Below, in pieces: positions 10,835 through 24,797 of a DNA stretch of 64,000 nt. Made by a program: the position numbers and the translations under genes. Source of the DNA: Octopus sinensis (taxonomy: Eukaryota); the NCBI RefSeq assembly GCF_006345805.1, contig NC_042998.1, positions 54,188,001 through 54,252,000 on the forward strand. Reading direction: 5' to 3'. A model generated the notes under the pieces. The model made no database searches. It was not told the DNA's origin and was given only the letters and a program-made list of their open reading frames with translations. How positions within the stretch are numbered: the first letter of the stretch is position 1; each line of letters opens with the position of its first letter.

Positions 10835-12122
10835 CTCTAGGCTGTTTTTGTGTGTAACGAGGGCTCTGTCCCAGACTTAAGGTCATTTAGTCTATTATAG
10901 ATATCACTTGTACTTTGCAGAGTGTCAGTATTTGCTCAGAGCCCAACTATTTTCTGGAACCAAAGCATTGGGAATGTAATTTTTGTTATACTGTGAGTAT
11001 AAAGATCACCTTGAGAGGTTTTCCATAACTGTGAGGCTTGGCCTTTGTAGTGCTTTTGAAGGATTTTAACTATGTGCTACCTCAAAAACAGAAAGAGTCT
11101 AAGAGGAGACTGTTTCCAGGGAGATGCAGTGATTGCTATTATGCTGATGAAAGTGTATTGTCATTATTGAAGGATATTGTAGAGACCACTATTTGGGGAA
11201 GGAATGTTGATATTTTGTGAGGAGCCTTAGTTGCATGTGGATGATACCTGCATGGGAAAAAAATGAAGGGTTACATTGAATTAAGGGTTACACTGAACAT
11301 CATTAAAGGAAATACCAAGCATGTCATTAATGTACAGAAGGAAGAATGTGAAGGAAGTTGATGGCATATGGGTTAGAGAAAGGGAGCGAGACAAAGGCAG
11401 AGTGAGAAAAAGAGAGACAGACAGACAGAGTCATTTTTATTTGTCTCAAAGATGTGATTAGATGGCCCAGTTTAGACAGAACTTAAAAAGGTTACAACAT
11501 ATGTGTGAAAATCACAGAATAAATCATAGAAAATTCTTAAAAGATACTTATTTTGCAGTGAAGATTTATTTCCAGCAGAACTACTTCAAATTATATTTCA
11601 CTCATTCTTCATGCATGTAATTTTTAGACATGGATTGGCTCAATCTTTTGTATTATGCATAGGTACATGGATGCAAAACTAGAAAAACCTTCAGTGACCC
11701 AATGAGCACTTAGACATTTCCATTTAATGCAAGCACCAAAGAATGAAGAGAAGTTCACAAGAAGTCAAGTCTGTGATGTATATTTTATTTCAGTTTTATG
11801 ACACTTCAGTTACCTGCTGCACCTATGATTTCTAACCATAATCATCAAACTGGAATGGAATGATTTATGCTGGGTTGACTTGTCCTTAACACAATACATG
11901 ACAATGAAATCTGTGGAAGTGATCCAGCCATCTTTTAAAACATGGTATAAAACTTCAGAGGATTGTTAAGTATTTCCCTTCGATTGTTACTGACATCACA
12001 AAAAAACTGGATTCCTCTTGTTGCTTGATTTCTAACTCAGAATCATAGAGGAAACTTTCAACAACACAATCTTCCACAAGAAAGCATAAGTCATACCAAT
12101 TAGTGCTAAAATTGTTTATATA

Positions 12123-12999
12123 CGAGGTCTGAACAATAAGTATTTGGACTGTTGTCATACTAACAAAGCTAAAGCATGCAGAATAAAGCTGCTTGGCACA
12201 GATTGATCTTGAACTCTGCTGTGCATGCACACTAAATTTTAATGTTTGAGCTCAATTCTGCTGTTTACATCAGTGCTTGGAAGGAAAGTGTGTAGCATGT
12301 GATTGTTGCATTCATGTCAGAGAAACTTGTCATGGCTTATGTCAGAGGCCAATGCAAAGTTGCAGAAAGTGTATGGAGAAGAGTGTATGAGCTACACAGA
12401 AGTGTACGAGTGGTTCGGACGTTTCCAAAATGGCTGAAAAATGTTAATATTGATGAATGTTCTGGGAGACCCACAACCAGTAGAACTGAGAAAAACATTG
12501 CAGATGTGTGTGCAGCTATGAGAGGAAATCCTCAAATCACCATCCATGAGTTATCAGATGTGCAGATTAGTTATGGTTCAGTTCATTATCACTTAAGATT
12601 TGGGTATGAGATGTGTGTCTGCCAAGTCTGTGCCAAAACTGCCTTCAGCTGACTAAAAAGATACCCAGGTTTCAGTTGCATAAAATTTCCTCGATTGCTG
12701 AGAATGATGAAAACTTTTTGAAAATTATGTATAGGCCACTGAGCAACTATCACCAAGCTTTATGAAAAATTTTATGCAGATTTTCTGCTCAACTTTCTCT
12801 GTCATGGTCAATGCAATGATCACATGCTATACAACTTCCTTCCAAGCACTGTTGTAAACAGTAGAAGTGAACTACAATGTTAAAACTTAGTGCACATGCA
12901 TAGCAGAGATCAAGGTCAATCTATGCCAAGTGGCTCCACTCTGTGTGCTTTAGCTTCGTTACTATGGCAACAGTCCAGATACTTATTGATCAGACCATG
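12123..12999 (+). mobile_element. Decayed mariner element with ~200-bp inverted ends
   Basis: TA|CGAGGTCTGAACAATAAGT ... ACTTATTGATCAGACCATG|TA. Internal HTH region KLQKVYGEECMSYTEVYEWFGRFQNG*KNVNIDECSGRPTTSRTEKNIADV (mariner WF.RF..G...D..RSGRP motif). No catalytic domain. Confidence 0.9.
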
Positions 13000-13042
13000 T
13001 ACATGCAAGTATAGCACTGTGATACAGAGGCTTCCTTTCCAA

Positions 13043-13089
<47 letters not shown>

Positions 13090-13090
<1 letters not shown>

Positions 13091-13900
13091 GCATGGAGGA
13101 ATACAAGACAGGCTGCCCCTGGGAGCTCCTCTATGCTGATGACCTTGCTCTTGTAGCTGAATCACTACCTGAACTGGAAGAAGTTCCAGGTATGGAAGCA
13201 AGGGCCTTAGAGTTAATCTAGCAAAAACCAAAGTCTTAGTGAGCAGGAAAGCAGACAAATCCCTTCAGATAGATGGCCCTGCTCAATCTGTAGTAAAGGT
13301 GTATGTAGAAGCTCCATAAGATGCACCCAGTGTAAGCTTTGGACACATAAATGGTGCAGCAACATCAGAGGAAGGTTAACAGGGAAACTAGCTTTTGTAT
13401 GTGGAAGGTGCACAGGTACAATAAATGCTGAAAATGTGCAGAAAATAGACTCCATCAACTGCCAGGGTGCAAGCTAGAGATAGCAGATAGCTTCTGTTAT
13501 CTAGGTGACCAAGTTAGTAGTGGAGGTGGATGCTCCAAGAACATAGCTGTGAGAATAAGATTGGCTGGGCAAAGTTCAGAGAGCTCCTACCCCTGCTGGC
13601 AACAAAGGACCTCTCTCTCAGAGTGAAAGGCAGATTGCTTGATGCCTGTATAAAAACAGCTGTGCTGCATGGCAGTGAAACATGGGCTATGACAGCTAAT
13701 GACATATGTAGGCTTGAAAGGAATTAAGCCAGTATGCTTTACTGGATGTGCTATGTCAGTGTGCATGTTCAACAGAGTGTAAGCATCTTGAGAGAACAGT
13801 TAGACATAAGAGGAATTAGATGTGGTGTGCAAGACAGATGACTGTGCTGGTATGGTCATGTGATGCGTATGAATGAAGACTGCTGTATAAAGTGCTGATG
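13090..13900 (+). pseudogene. RTE-clade LINE ORF2 fragment (RT C-terminal half), frameshifted
   Basis: TGCPWELLYADDLALVAES (RT YADD motif), RVNLAKTKVLV, Cys-rich CSIC..CTQC..W.H..C, DSFCYLG, GWAKFRELLPLL..LLDACIKTAVLHGSETWAM, WYGHVMRM. Confidence 0.92.
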
Positions 13901-14332
13901 CATTCTGGATCTTCCCTGAAAATGCACATCTCCAAATCAGCCTACACATGATAACAATGTATGCACGCTAGCCAACTATACTATCAACAATGTAGACGTG
14001 GTTACAGATTGACATAGAGTACCAATTGCATGGACTGAATGTGGTGCATTTTGCACACGAAACACTGCTTGCAAACTGTACATCCATACTAAAGAACAAG
14101 AAACATCCGAATGTTGCTTGTGTCAAAAAGCCTCTATAAAGTTGTCATAGAGTGAATATTGCATCCAACATCAAAACCATAAAATAGAATATAGGAAACC
14201 TGAGGACTATAGTGGCTATTCTAACTACAAAGTAAATCTCAATATCACCAGCAAACAAAGACTTGTGTGACATTAAATGGTTGCTACAACACTACCATTC
14301 AGTGTAGATTGTAAGTCTCATCTCAATGTTAA

Positions 14333-14650
14333 GAAGCTTGCTTCCCAACCACATGGCTCCAGGATCAGTCCCACAGCATGGCACCTTGAACAAATGTCTT
14401 CTACTATAACCCCAGGCTGTCTCTTTGTCTGTGTGCATGCGTGTCTTTATGTCTGTGTTTGTCCTTCAGCACCACTTGACACCACCACTTGCACCCCTGT
14501 AACTTAGCAGTTCAGCAAAGGAGACCACTAGAAAAAGTACCAGGTTTTAAAAAATAGTAAGTTCAGGGGTTGATTTATTTGACTGAAATCCTTCAAGGGG
14601 GTACCCAAGCATGGCCACAGTCAAATGACTGAAACAAGTAAAAAATAAAA
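14333..14650 (+). mobile_element. SINE family A (5'-truncated)
   Basis: Family body and tail. Confidence 0.8.
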
Positions 14651-15504
14651 AATAGAAGATAAAGAAGTTTTAATGCTGAAATATTGAAATAAAAAGTAAA
14701 AAAATGCAAATATTGCTCTTGTTTTGTTTCATCTACTTTAATTCCAACTGGCAGTGGCTTTCAGAAATAGTTTTAAATATATATATATCTGTGCATATGT
14801 CTGTGTGCTTTTGTGTGTATGAGTGTGTACATACACACAAACATGCACATATATTAATATATTGTTAACAGAATATATATTTAGCCACAATGTTAAGTTT
14901 ATTTTATGCTTTTAATGATTTTTTTTTTCATCTTTTTATTGATTTCTTAAAGAAGCATATCTCCAATAAAAATGCTACACTGTATACTACAAAAATAGGA
15001 AAATATAATCTAGTTATATGGATTTTTTTTCAAAGAAAATTGCAACCAATTAAATATTGTTTTCAATACATATTGGAAGGTATTGGAATCAAAATTATTT
15101 GCATATAACCAGCTAAAATGAGAAACAATTCTTCATTGTCTTAAAATAAAACACAGAACACTTAAACTATAAGACTGGCATCAATGAATCAATTCTTTTT
15201 TAGGAAATTACTATAGAAACTATGTTCTGAGTGATGCCAGTATATTGGCAACATTTACTATTTTTAAAATGGAGTTTAAAATGGAGCATTTGATCAATCA
15301 TTGATAATATCTGATGTAATCGTCCTCAAACATCCTGAGTAAGACATTTTCAATTATATTTACTGGAATTAGATATGGTAAAATATAGCCATCTTCCTGC
15401 TGTGGCATATCTAAATAAGAGCTAGAACAGATGTTTTTTAAGATAGGTTTGGCCTTATATGCTTCTTATTAAGCATTTTTAAAGATATTTTCATTCCTCT
15501 AAAA

Positions 15505-15823
15505 TAGGGATTCTGAACCATTTTTTTTTTTTACTTATGGACTCCTTAAATTCCTGTTTTACTTGAGCGGACCCCCATGGCCATTTGATATTGCAATAAT
15601 CTTATTTTATATTTCTAATTAAATATTATTAGGAACTGTATAAAAAATTGTTAAAATACTTTGTGTATTGTAAAAGTATAACCAATTTATTGCATATAAC
15701 CTTTACTGGTCCGAAGCACAGGTTTTTTTATAGCCCCTGAAAAATTACAGTGGATCCCCAATTTACAATATTGCATCCATGGACCCCACAAAATCTTATA
15801 TGGACCCTGGTTGAGAACCTCTT
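15505..15823 (+). mobile_element. hAT MITE, same family as 343-1245
   Basis: TAGGGATTCTGAACC ... GGTTGAGAACCTCTT; TSD ctctaaaa / ctctaaat. Confidence 0.8.
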
Positions 15824-16410
15824 CTCTAAATGATGAAAACAGCAAGTCTTGTCCTTGGTTCACTTGACAGTTCATTAATTGGCTTGGCCCATAGACATAG
15901 TCTTTGTATTTCCTTTTCTACAGCTACTCCAGTCACCTTTGTTATTCTGGGTTAACCAGTCTTGTGTCACCTCTATGCAAGTAGACCCCACATTGTGCCT
16001 CCTATCCAGTCCTGCACTACTCACTTCACCTAGTTCTTCATTCCCAGAACATTGTCCCTCAAGAAATCTCTATCTGGCCAAGCTCTTCCTACAGCTATCA
16101 ACTTACAACTATTCAAAGTCCTGGAGGACCTTCAAACAGTCATGGGTCAATCCTCTTCTGGAAGACTAAGCCAGGGTAAAAACACGACATCAATTCATAA
16201 AATATCTTAGACAAATACAAAAAAAAAAATGAACTTTGCAAACAATGGAAATCTTTTGATTCTTCATCAAGTTGTTAAACTATCACTAGAAATAATATAC
16301 TCTTTGATACACTTGTACAGGCTTTAGTCATTGGACTGTGACTACAATAAAGCTCGAGTCTCAAGGAACTTACTTAAATCATTTAAATCAAACTTTATAT
16401 ATTGCATACT

Positions 16411-16851
16411 CTTTTACTTGTTTCAGTCATTTGACTGTAACCATGCTGGAGCACCACCTTTTAGTTGAGCAAATCGACCCCAGGACTTATTCTTTGTAAG
16501 CCCCCAGTACTTATTCTATCAATCTGTTTTGCTGAACTGCTAAGTTACAGGGATATAAACACACCATCATCGGTTGTCAAGGGATGTCAGGGGGACAAAC
16601 ACAGACACACAAACGTATATACACACATACATATACAACGGGCTTCTTCCAGTTTCCATCTACCAAATCCACTCACAAGGCTTTGGTCGGCCTAAGGCTA
16701 TAGTAGAAGACACCTGCCCAAGATGTCAAACAGTGGGACTGAACCCGGGACCATATGGTTGGTAAGCAAGCTACTTTATTTCATGAAAATTCGCCATTAA
16801 GGCGTTACATAAAGGGGACATACAAGGACAAACAAGCCACTCCTGCACCTC
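16411..16851 (-). mobile_element. SINE family A, near full length
   Basis: Tail cttttacttgtttcagtc to head gccactcctgcacct. Confidence 0.85.
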
Positions 16852-16925
16852 ATAGTTAAGTTTTATCAAAGTTACCTCCCTTCTGTGAACTTAACTACAA
16901 GGTAATAAGTAAACCAATTTACACA

Positions 16926-17272
16926 TAGGCACAGGTGTGGCTTGTGGCAAGAAGCTTGCTTCCCAACCACATGGTTCCAGGTTCAGTCCCACTGCCTGGC
17001 ACCTCGGGCAAATGTCTTCTACTATAGCCTTGGGCCAACCAAAGCCTTGTGAGTGTATTTGGTTGATGAAAACTGAAAGAAGCCTTTCATATATATGTAT
17101 ATATGTGTGTGAGTCTTTGTGCCTGTGTTTGCCCCACCACCATCACTTGAGACTGATAAAATAAGTACTAGGCTTACAAAAAATACATCCTGGGGTGGTT
17201 TTCTTCAACTAAATTAAGGTGATGCTCCAGCGTTGCCACAGTCAAATGACAAACAAGTAAAAGAATAAAAGA
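16926..17272 (+). mobile_element. SINE family A, head-to-head with 16411-16851
   Basis: taggcacaggtgtggc head to caagtaaaagaataaaag tail. Confidence 0.85.
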
Positions 17273-17522
17273 ATAGGATGGTTAGCTCAACATGATAACA
17301 AACTTGCCCAAAGTGGTTTTCAGTAAGACAGAAGTGGGAACAACATGCAAGCAAACAGAAGTTTTTAATAACACAGCTGTGCTTTTAGGTGTTCAAAATC
17401 CTATTATTAGGAATAGCATTTTTGTCTACAGCCAAAAGTTTAAGATAAGGAAAACACTTTCTCAAACTTAGATCTACGAAAATGTGAATGCAATGTAATT
17501 TCCTCAAACATATATTTCCTCA

Positions 17523-17684
17523 TAGGCACAGGAATGGCTGTGTGGTAAGTAGTTTGCTTCCCAACCACATGGTTCTGGATTCAGTCCCACTGCATGGCAC
17601 CTCGGGTAAGTATCTTCTGCTATAGCCTCGGGCCGACCAAAGCCTTGGGAGTGGATTTGGTAGACGGATACTGAAAGAAGCCAG

Positions 17685-17743
<59 letters not shown>

Positions 17744-17952
17744 CTTGTGTGTCTGTGTTTGTCCCCACCATTATCACCCGATAACCGATGTTGGTGTATT
17801 TATGTCCCTGTTACTTAGCAGTTCGGCAAAAGAAACCGATAGAATAAGTACTAGGCTTACAAAGAATAAGTCCTGGGGTTGATTTGTTCAACTAAAAAGG
17901 CGGTACTCCAGCATGGCCACAGTCAGATGACTGAAATTGATAAAAGAATAAA
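17523..17952 (+). mobile_element. SINE family A, full length with long internal (TG)n
   Basis: taggcacaggaatggctgtgtggtaagtag head; close to family consensus as judged from other copies. Confidence 0.9.
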
Positions 17953-19039
17953 AGCATATAAGGCTCTTAATATCTCATATAAAGATCTCAAGAGGCTTTT
18001 AGTAGCTGGCAGTAAGCTCTGGTTGTAGAGTGTTAAACAGACGAATAATGAATCACCCTTCCAGGCAAGGTGCTTCTTTATAATAGCTACAATTCCTGTA
18101 TGCTTATTGTTAATAATTAGAGATCAGAAGTTTGAAGAATTAAGTATACTATCAAAACATACAATGAATCACTGGCGCTGGAAGTGAACAGAAGACTTTC
18201 TGTTACTAATTTAATATAAAAACTCAGATGTTTTGCTGATATGAAGATGAAATGGAGAAAATGCACTTTTACAAATTTTGATAAGCTGTATGTCAACTGA
18301 GAAGCCAAATATTATATATTGATATCATAATAAAATTACTTGAAATTGAATCAAATTTAATACTACATATTCTAAATATACTACAGCACATATTTTATAA
18401 ATCTGCCAAGAGGACTACAGGTAAAAATTTTTATATAACTTGATGATGTTTGTTCAAATTTTAGGAATCATATGGCTTTATGTCAACTATTTCTGCTATA
18501 TTGCAAAATGTAACACATGTTTTTAAAAGGTTTCTTTATAGGAAGCAGTTCAATAACAGAATCTATCTTTACATTTGAAATTTTAGAAATCCTAATACAT
18601 GTCAATGTTCTGAAGTTACTGATGTAGTGCTAGAATGAAAGTAATCCATAACTATAACAAGATTATACTAAATACTTTTAGACATATAAAAATTTGTAAT
18701 TAGACAAGAGAGAACTAAAGAACAGCTTCACTGTTTTTGCTGTAATATATCAAAGTAGTGGATGCACAAGGTCTAATTTTTTGGTTGTTGGTCTCATGAC
18801 TATCACTAATGGTTGTTCCCACCTGTACTTGCTTTTGAGTACCAGGACATGTATGCATTGCATTCCCATTACAGGCTAATGAGGCCTACTACTAGCTGGC
18901 AAACCACTCCAATATCTCTGCAAAGAAAACATTATGAGACAGTCAGAACAATTTAACACTATGGTGTCTTCCAATGGGAGAATGTGTTGCAAAAGTGTCC
19001 AATACATGACAACAACCAACATTGGGTGAAGATTGCAGT

Positions 19040-19510
19040 ATCATCATTATCGTCATGTTTTAACATCTGCTTTCTATGCTGGTTGAACGGTTTGACATGG
19101 AGCTGGCTAGAAGGGAACTGTCCGGACTCCAATTGTCTGTTGTAGCATGTTTCTATAGCAGGATGCCCTTCCTAATGTCAATGACTTAACAGAGTGTGCT
19201 TTGTACATGTCAATGGAACAGGTGCATGGGTGCTTTTTACGTGGTACCAGCACCTGAAAGGACAAGCCTGTATGTATAGAAGACAGTTATTTTACTTCAA
19301 TTGATGCATCTTATCAAGTACAGCAAATAGCCACATCTCCTGGTCTCTTGTCATTTCCTTAGTGAGGGCCAGCATCTCAAGATCCTTTTTCACAACTTCA
19401 TCCCACATCTTTTGGGTTTCGTGCCTTCCACAGATACCCTCCACAATTAGAGTTTGGCACTTCTTTATGCAGCTGTCCTCATCCATATGCATCACATGAC
19501 CAAATAGAGT
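19040..19510 (-). mobile_element. RTE LINE 3' end (ORF2 C-terminus plus 3' UTR)
   Basis: FGHVMHMDEDSCIKKCQTLIVEGICGR...WDEVVKKDLEMLALTKEMTRDQEMW, followed by UTR and (GAT)-type tail. Confidence 0.85.
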
Positions 19511-19818
19511 GTGCTGGGTGCTTTGTACGTGCCAAAGATCCTTTCTCACCACTTAATCCCATGTCTTCTTGGGCCTATCACTTCTGCAGTTACCTTCCAC
19601 AATTAAGCACTTCTTTATTCAATATATTTCACAAATGGACTCCTCTTCCAAAGGAAGTGTAATGATGTTTGCTTCTGATAGAACCCTATGGTGCTGCATA
19701 GGACCCTATGGTGCTGGTGCTGCATAAATGCACCTATGCCAGTGCTGTGTAAATATACCTCTGTTCTGGTTGCACATACAAAGCACCCAACACACTCTGC
19801 TAAGTGGCTGACATTGGG

Positions 19819-19938
19819 AAGGGCATCCAGCCAAAGGGCATCCAGCCAAAGGGCATCCAGCCAAAGGGCATCCAGCCAAAGGGTATCCAGCCAAAGGGCA
19901 TCCAGCCAAAGGGCATCCAGCCAAATGGCATCCAGCCA
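19819..19938. repeat. 15-bp minisatellite, 8 units of aagggcatccagcca
   Basis: Direct count; the unit equals the ggaagggcatccagc motif of the RTE 3' UTR repeat it sits in. Confidence 0.95.
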
Positions 19939-20788
19939 CAACAGATATAGGGTCCTATCAGAAGCAACCATCACTACACAAGATCCTCCCAGAAATACTG
20001 GGTGGAGAAAATGAATGGGTGGATGGATGGGATGGTTCTTGATGATAAGGTCTGAGCAGAGTGATGTACTTGTGAGGAAGGCACTTTTCATTTATTGTTC
20101 CAGTCTACAAAGCTGGAAATAAGCACCACCAGCAGTGATGGACTGGGAAAGCTTTTAAAGGTAGGAGCCACAACAGCCTAATGTTTCATTTTAGCTATAC
20201 TAATGGCTATCATGATAAACCTAAGTTGCACATGGCCTTCAACCACACAAACACACACACATAGTCTTTATGGATACAAAAATTATATGTCAATAAAATG
20301 AAACCAGATTGGCCAACCCTAGAGCTGAGCATTGGTTGGAGTTAATTTATGATAAAAAGCCTTCAAGTGATACAAGCAGACAACATAGCTATAAGGTCAT
20401 TATGCATCATACAGAAAATTCTTACAGATAGGTGTGGGCATGGTTGCATGGCAAGAAGTTTGCTTCCCAACCACATGGTTCTGGGTTCAATCCTACTGCA
20501 TGGCACCTCAAGCAAGTGTCTTTTTCTATAGCCTTGGGGTATTGTACTATAGCCTCGGGCTATTTGAAAGGAATAGTAGCTATTTCCTTAGATATCTAGA
20601 TAGAAGCAAATAGGTAATAACACTTATTGACCAAAGACAGAAAAAAAAAATTTAATTTGTTTCATAGTTTAATGTAGTCCTTTGTATAACCCTTCAAAGG
20701 CAGGATGGACAATGTGTTTGATCATGGGTCTAGTTAATTCAGGGTTGGTCTGGGGAACAACAGCACTGAGATATGAGAAATTACTCAC

Positions 20789-20931
20789 CACTGATGGTAA
20801 GACAGGAGCCAGCCACATGTGGGCACCGTCTTTGGTATCATTCTCACCATCAACAAGTTTGTCTGGAGTTCGGATATCTGACTGTACATTCGGAGTCAGT
20901 ACATTCACACTGTCAGGATAAGCTGCCACGT
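20789..20931 (-). CDS. KATNIP: KATNIP/KIAA0556 internal coding exon (143 bp, phase 1 in, phase 0 out)
   Basis: Reads (x)AC-VAAYPDSVNVLTPNVQSDIRTPDKLVDGENDTKDGAHMWLAPVLPSV. This matches, from memory, human KIAA0556 IAAFPDSVNSLEGVGGDVRTPDKLIDQVNDTSDGRHMWLAPILPGL (DUF4457 region). Acceptor ccttatctttcAG and donor GTGAGT are canonical. Confidence 0.95.
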
Positions 20932-22194
20932 CTGAAAGATAAGGTTAATGTTAGAATGTTCAAAATGAATGAATAAACAAACAAACAAATAAATAAATGG
21001 ATAACTGAATAAATAAATAAATAAATAATGAAATGAAATGAAAAAACAATGAAACAAAATGAACACGATTATGATTAAATATAAAATGTTTGGAAAAGTG
21101 AGGACAGATTTCCTCGTTTGGTACTTATAGAAATTCTGTCAATAGATTGAAAGTAGGTATATTGATCCCCTCCTACCATCACCACCACCACCACCACTAC
21201 CATAATCCCATCTCAATCACCTTAGCTGTCCCCATCCAAAACAGACATTTTTAATCAGGAAGACTTGTATCAATTGTAAATGAATAAAGAAAAATAAATA
21301 AATAAATAAATATATAAATAAAAGAACTATGGATGGTGATGGTGATGAAGATGAAGAAGAACAAAGTATTGATGATTTTGGTTGAAGTGGTAAAGAAGGA
21401 CAAGGCAGAAGAATGGAAGTGGCTGTGTATAGCATTTTGATAACAAAGAATTTTTAGAAAGAGACGGAAATGCCGGTAACAGTTTTGATTGTAATAATCA
21501 CAGGGAACCGGATGGTAAAATGATGATGGTGATGATGATGCTGATGGGGTGAGGAGAACAATGCTAGTGATGATGACAATGACAACAACGATGTTGATGA
21601 TAGGGGTTGGTTATGGTGGTGCTTTCAAAGACGGAGAGCAATTATATCTATTTAGTTATTTATTCATGGTGATATCATCAATAACAATGGTTAAAAACTT
21701 CATAACATCTCATGGCGGTAAAAGGTGATAATTACAGTCAATGGTTAAAAGGATTGTTTTTCCTTTTGAAATATGTGGAATATTAGAGTTGAAATAACTA
21801 TTTTCTCAACCTAATAACCAAATGAAACACAATTTTATTCTTTTTTTTTTTTACTTTCCGCCTCTTCTCGTCAGCAAAGTGAATAAACCAACCTAAAAGA
21901 ATGGGTAGTGAGTGATAATGGAATGAAAAGTTCTGATTATATGAAATAAATTATATTGAGAAAATATGGTTAGAACAAAGTAGACAGACATTTACTAATG
22001 TAGCCATAAACAAAGACACTACACAACGGATCAAAAACAGCAAAGGCTATATTGTTAGACCGATTCTATCATTATGTTTGTGGTAGTTTCGTAATTAAAT
22101 TACTCCGCAGGAGTTCTGAGATCATTATATGGTTCTTTATAATATTCGTAGAAACATTTAACAATAAATTGACACAGACTGCTAATAATTATTA

Positions 22195-22225
<31 letters not shown>

Positions 22226-23715
22226 GTTCTTTTTTTTCTATTTTTTTTACCAGCAAGAGAATAACAGAGTAAAAGATAAATGAAATTTCAGAAAACAAGT
22301 AATAATAACATTTCAATATGTCCGCAACTTAATAAAATCAATGCTTTGGCAAATTTTGTTTCCCTTGATAACGTACACACTGAATAGTCAGCAATATAAA
22401 TAGATTACTTTCTGGCAATGAAGAATACTTAAACCGTAATTCTGAGATTACTGAAATAGATTTGAAGATTCGGTCTTGCTGATAACACTTTAAGATCCCA
22501 GAACCAAGAAAAATTGTTTCAATGACAATTCACAATTGCGATTAGTTTTTAATTTATGTGTCTGCATCATTCATTTGAAATCAGATGAAGAATTAATTTC
22601 AACAAATTACTTTGAGAAGAGGAATTAATTTCCAGCTCTCTTGGCATGAAGGTCTTTAACTTCTAATATTGAACATTAATATCATAAAATTATCTGAAGT
22701 TGACTTTTTATTTGATGTCAGGTCTTGTACAATAATATTTGGTACAAGCGAACAGAATAAAGCTCACTTGGATTGGACTTTAATATCTATATTTCAGTTG
22801 AAAGCTCTATCAGTGAGATGGTGATGATGATGATGATGATTAGGGGTTTAAAAAAAAATTAATGTACAAGTTATTTGGCAACAGCACTAGTGCTGGTGGC
22901 ATGAAAGCGATGCACCCAGTACACACTGTAAAGTGGATGGTATTAGGAAGGGAATCCAGCCATCAAAACCCGGCTAACACAGTACATGATGCAGCCCTGT
23001 GACTCACCAGATTCTGTCAACCTGTCCAACCCAGGCCAGCATCGAAAATGAATGTTAAATGATGATGAAAATGATGATGGTGATTAGAATGATGATGGTG
23101 ACAATGACAACTTAGTGTAGCATCCATGAACAATGCAGGTGTTTCCCAAACTGGTGAGACTGGTGCAGTTAATGATACCTAGCCTGAAGAGCAGCAGGTC
23201 AAAGCTTGCAGGAAATCCATTTTTACATATGAATACTGCTCTGGGGAGGTAAACTAAAGCATTCTTTATTAGCACACTCACACGCAGCACATACAAATGA
23301 ATCGAGATCTGCCAAGTTTGATTATGTGACTGATACAATTTAGTTCAGACTCATGATATTATATACAATTCAATTATGGCAATTCCAGTAAAATTGTTGC
23401 AAATTCAATGATAATTACTTTCTCTGTGATGATAATAATTGGAATGACAAGCCAAACAGGTGACATTATGATGGATATGGTATGATTTTAATACATGTAC
23501 ATCAGTTTGAAGCACTTGGTGTGAACTATAGTGAATAGACACAGAATTCCTGAAGCAGAGAAAAATCTGTCTTCAGATTTTAATAAACTGCTGGAAACTT
23601 GGTTCTCATCCATCTGCTCTTAGATACAGTCCTCCTGCATGGCACCTTGGGGAAAATGCCTTCTACTCAAGCCCTAAGCTGACCAGATCGATGAAAACAA
23701 GAAACCCTCCATGTG

Positions 23716-23748
<33 letters not shown>

Positions 23749-24064
23749 TCTTTTACTTTTACCTGTTTCAGTCATTAGACTATGGCCATGCTGGGGCACT
23801 TCTTGAATTTTTAGGTGAATGAATCAACCTCAGTACTTATTTCTTATTCTATTGGTCACTAAGTGACAGGGATGTAACTTAATTGCCAAGTGGTGATGGG
23901 GGATGAAAACAGATATACACACAGTTTCAGTTTTCGTCTACCAAGTCCACTTGCAAGGCTTTAGTCAGCCCAAGGCAAAAGTAGAAGACACTTGCCCAAG
24001 GTGTCATGTAGTGGGACTGAACCTGGAACCATGTGGTTGGGAAGCAAGCTTTTTACCACACAGC
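23749..24064 (-). mobile_element. SINE family A
   Basis: cttttacttttacctgtttcagtc tail to ttaccacacagc head. Confidence 0.8.
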
Positions 24065-24065
24065 T

Positions 24066-24759
24066 ACGAAGCATGACCTTCAAACATTGGGCCTCACCGA
24101 GACAATGACTAGTGACCAGGACCTCTGGAAATATGCTGTGCTTGAGAAGACTCGGCAAGCGCAAGTGAGACCATAACCTTGTGGCCTATGCCAGGGGTGT
24201 AACCAGTCCACTTATGCTTGCTTTTCCTTCATTAGAGACTAAACTCTGCTTGCAAAGACTTGTTGAGGCAAGTGAAATCGAAATCAAACTCGGTCACTGG
24301 CATCCGTTGTTAGTGGAGTGCTAAGAGTACTATACGAATGAGATTGTTGCCAGAGCAACAAGCTGGTCGCCATGCTGATGGCATGTTAAAAACACCATTC
24401 GAGTGTGATCATTACCTGCGTCGCCTTACTAGCACTTGAGCTGGTAGAACATGAAAAAAACATTCGAGCGAGGTTGTTGCCAGTGACGCTGGACTGGCTC
24501 CTGTGCAGGTGGCACATAAAAAGCACCATTTGAGCATGGCTGTTGCCAGTACCACTTAGCTGGCCCTCGTACCGGTGGCACATAAAAGCATCGACTACAC
24601 TCTGAGAGTGGTTGGCATTAGGAAGGGCATCAAGCTGTAGAAACTCTGCCAGATCAGATTGGAGTCTGGTGCAGTCATCTGGTTCGCCAGACCTCAGTCA
24701 AATCATCCAACCCATGCTAGCATGGAAAGCGGACGTTAAACGATGATGATGATGATGAT

Positions 24760-24760
<1 letters not shown>
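24066..24760 (+). mobile_element. RTE LINE 3' end with (GAT)n tail
   Basis: KHDLQTLGLTETMTSDQDLWKYAVLEKTRQ, then UTR ending gacgttaaacgatgatgatgat. A second UTR-only copy follows at ~24850-25112. Confidence 0.85.

Positions 24761-24797
<37 letters not shown>

Noticed and set aside
11038-11220. ORF containing YADE, possible RTE RT relic
   Set aside because: Too diverged to support beyond a single motif-like match.
18050-18700. Degenerate coding-like tract (also 22380-22810, 15130-15480, 48438-48644)
   Set aside because: Multiple stops in all frames or no recognisable motif; cannot be assigned without a search.
19615-20091. 158-aa ORF with LDALW repeats
   Set aside because: Product of the 15-bp minisatellite.
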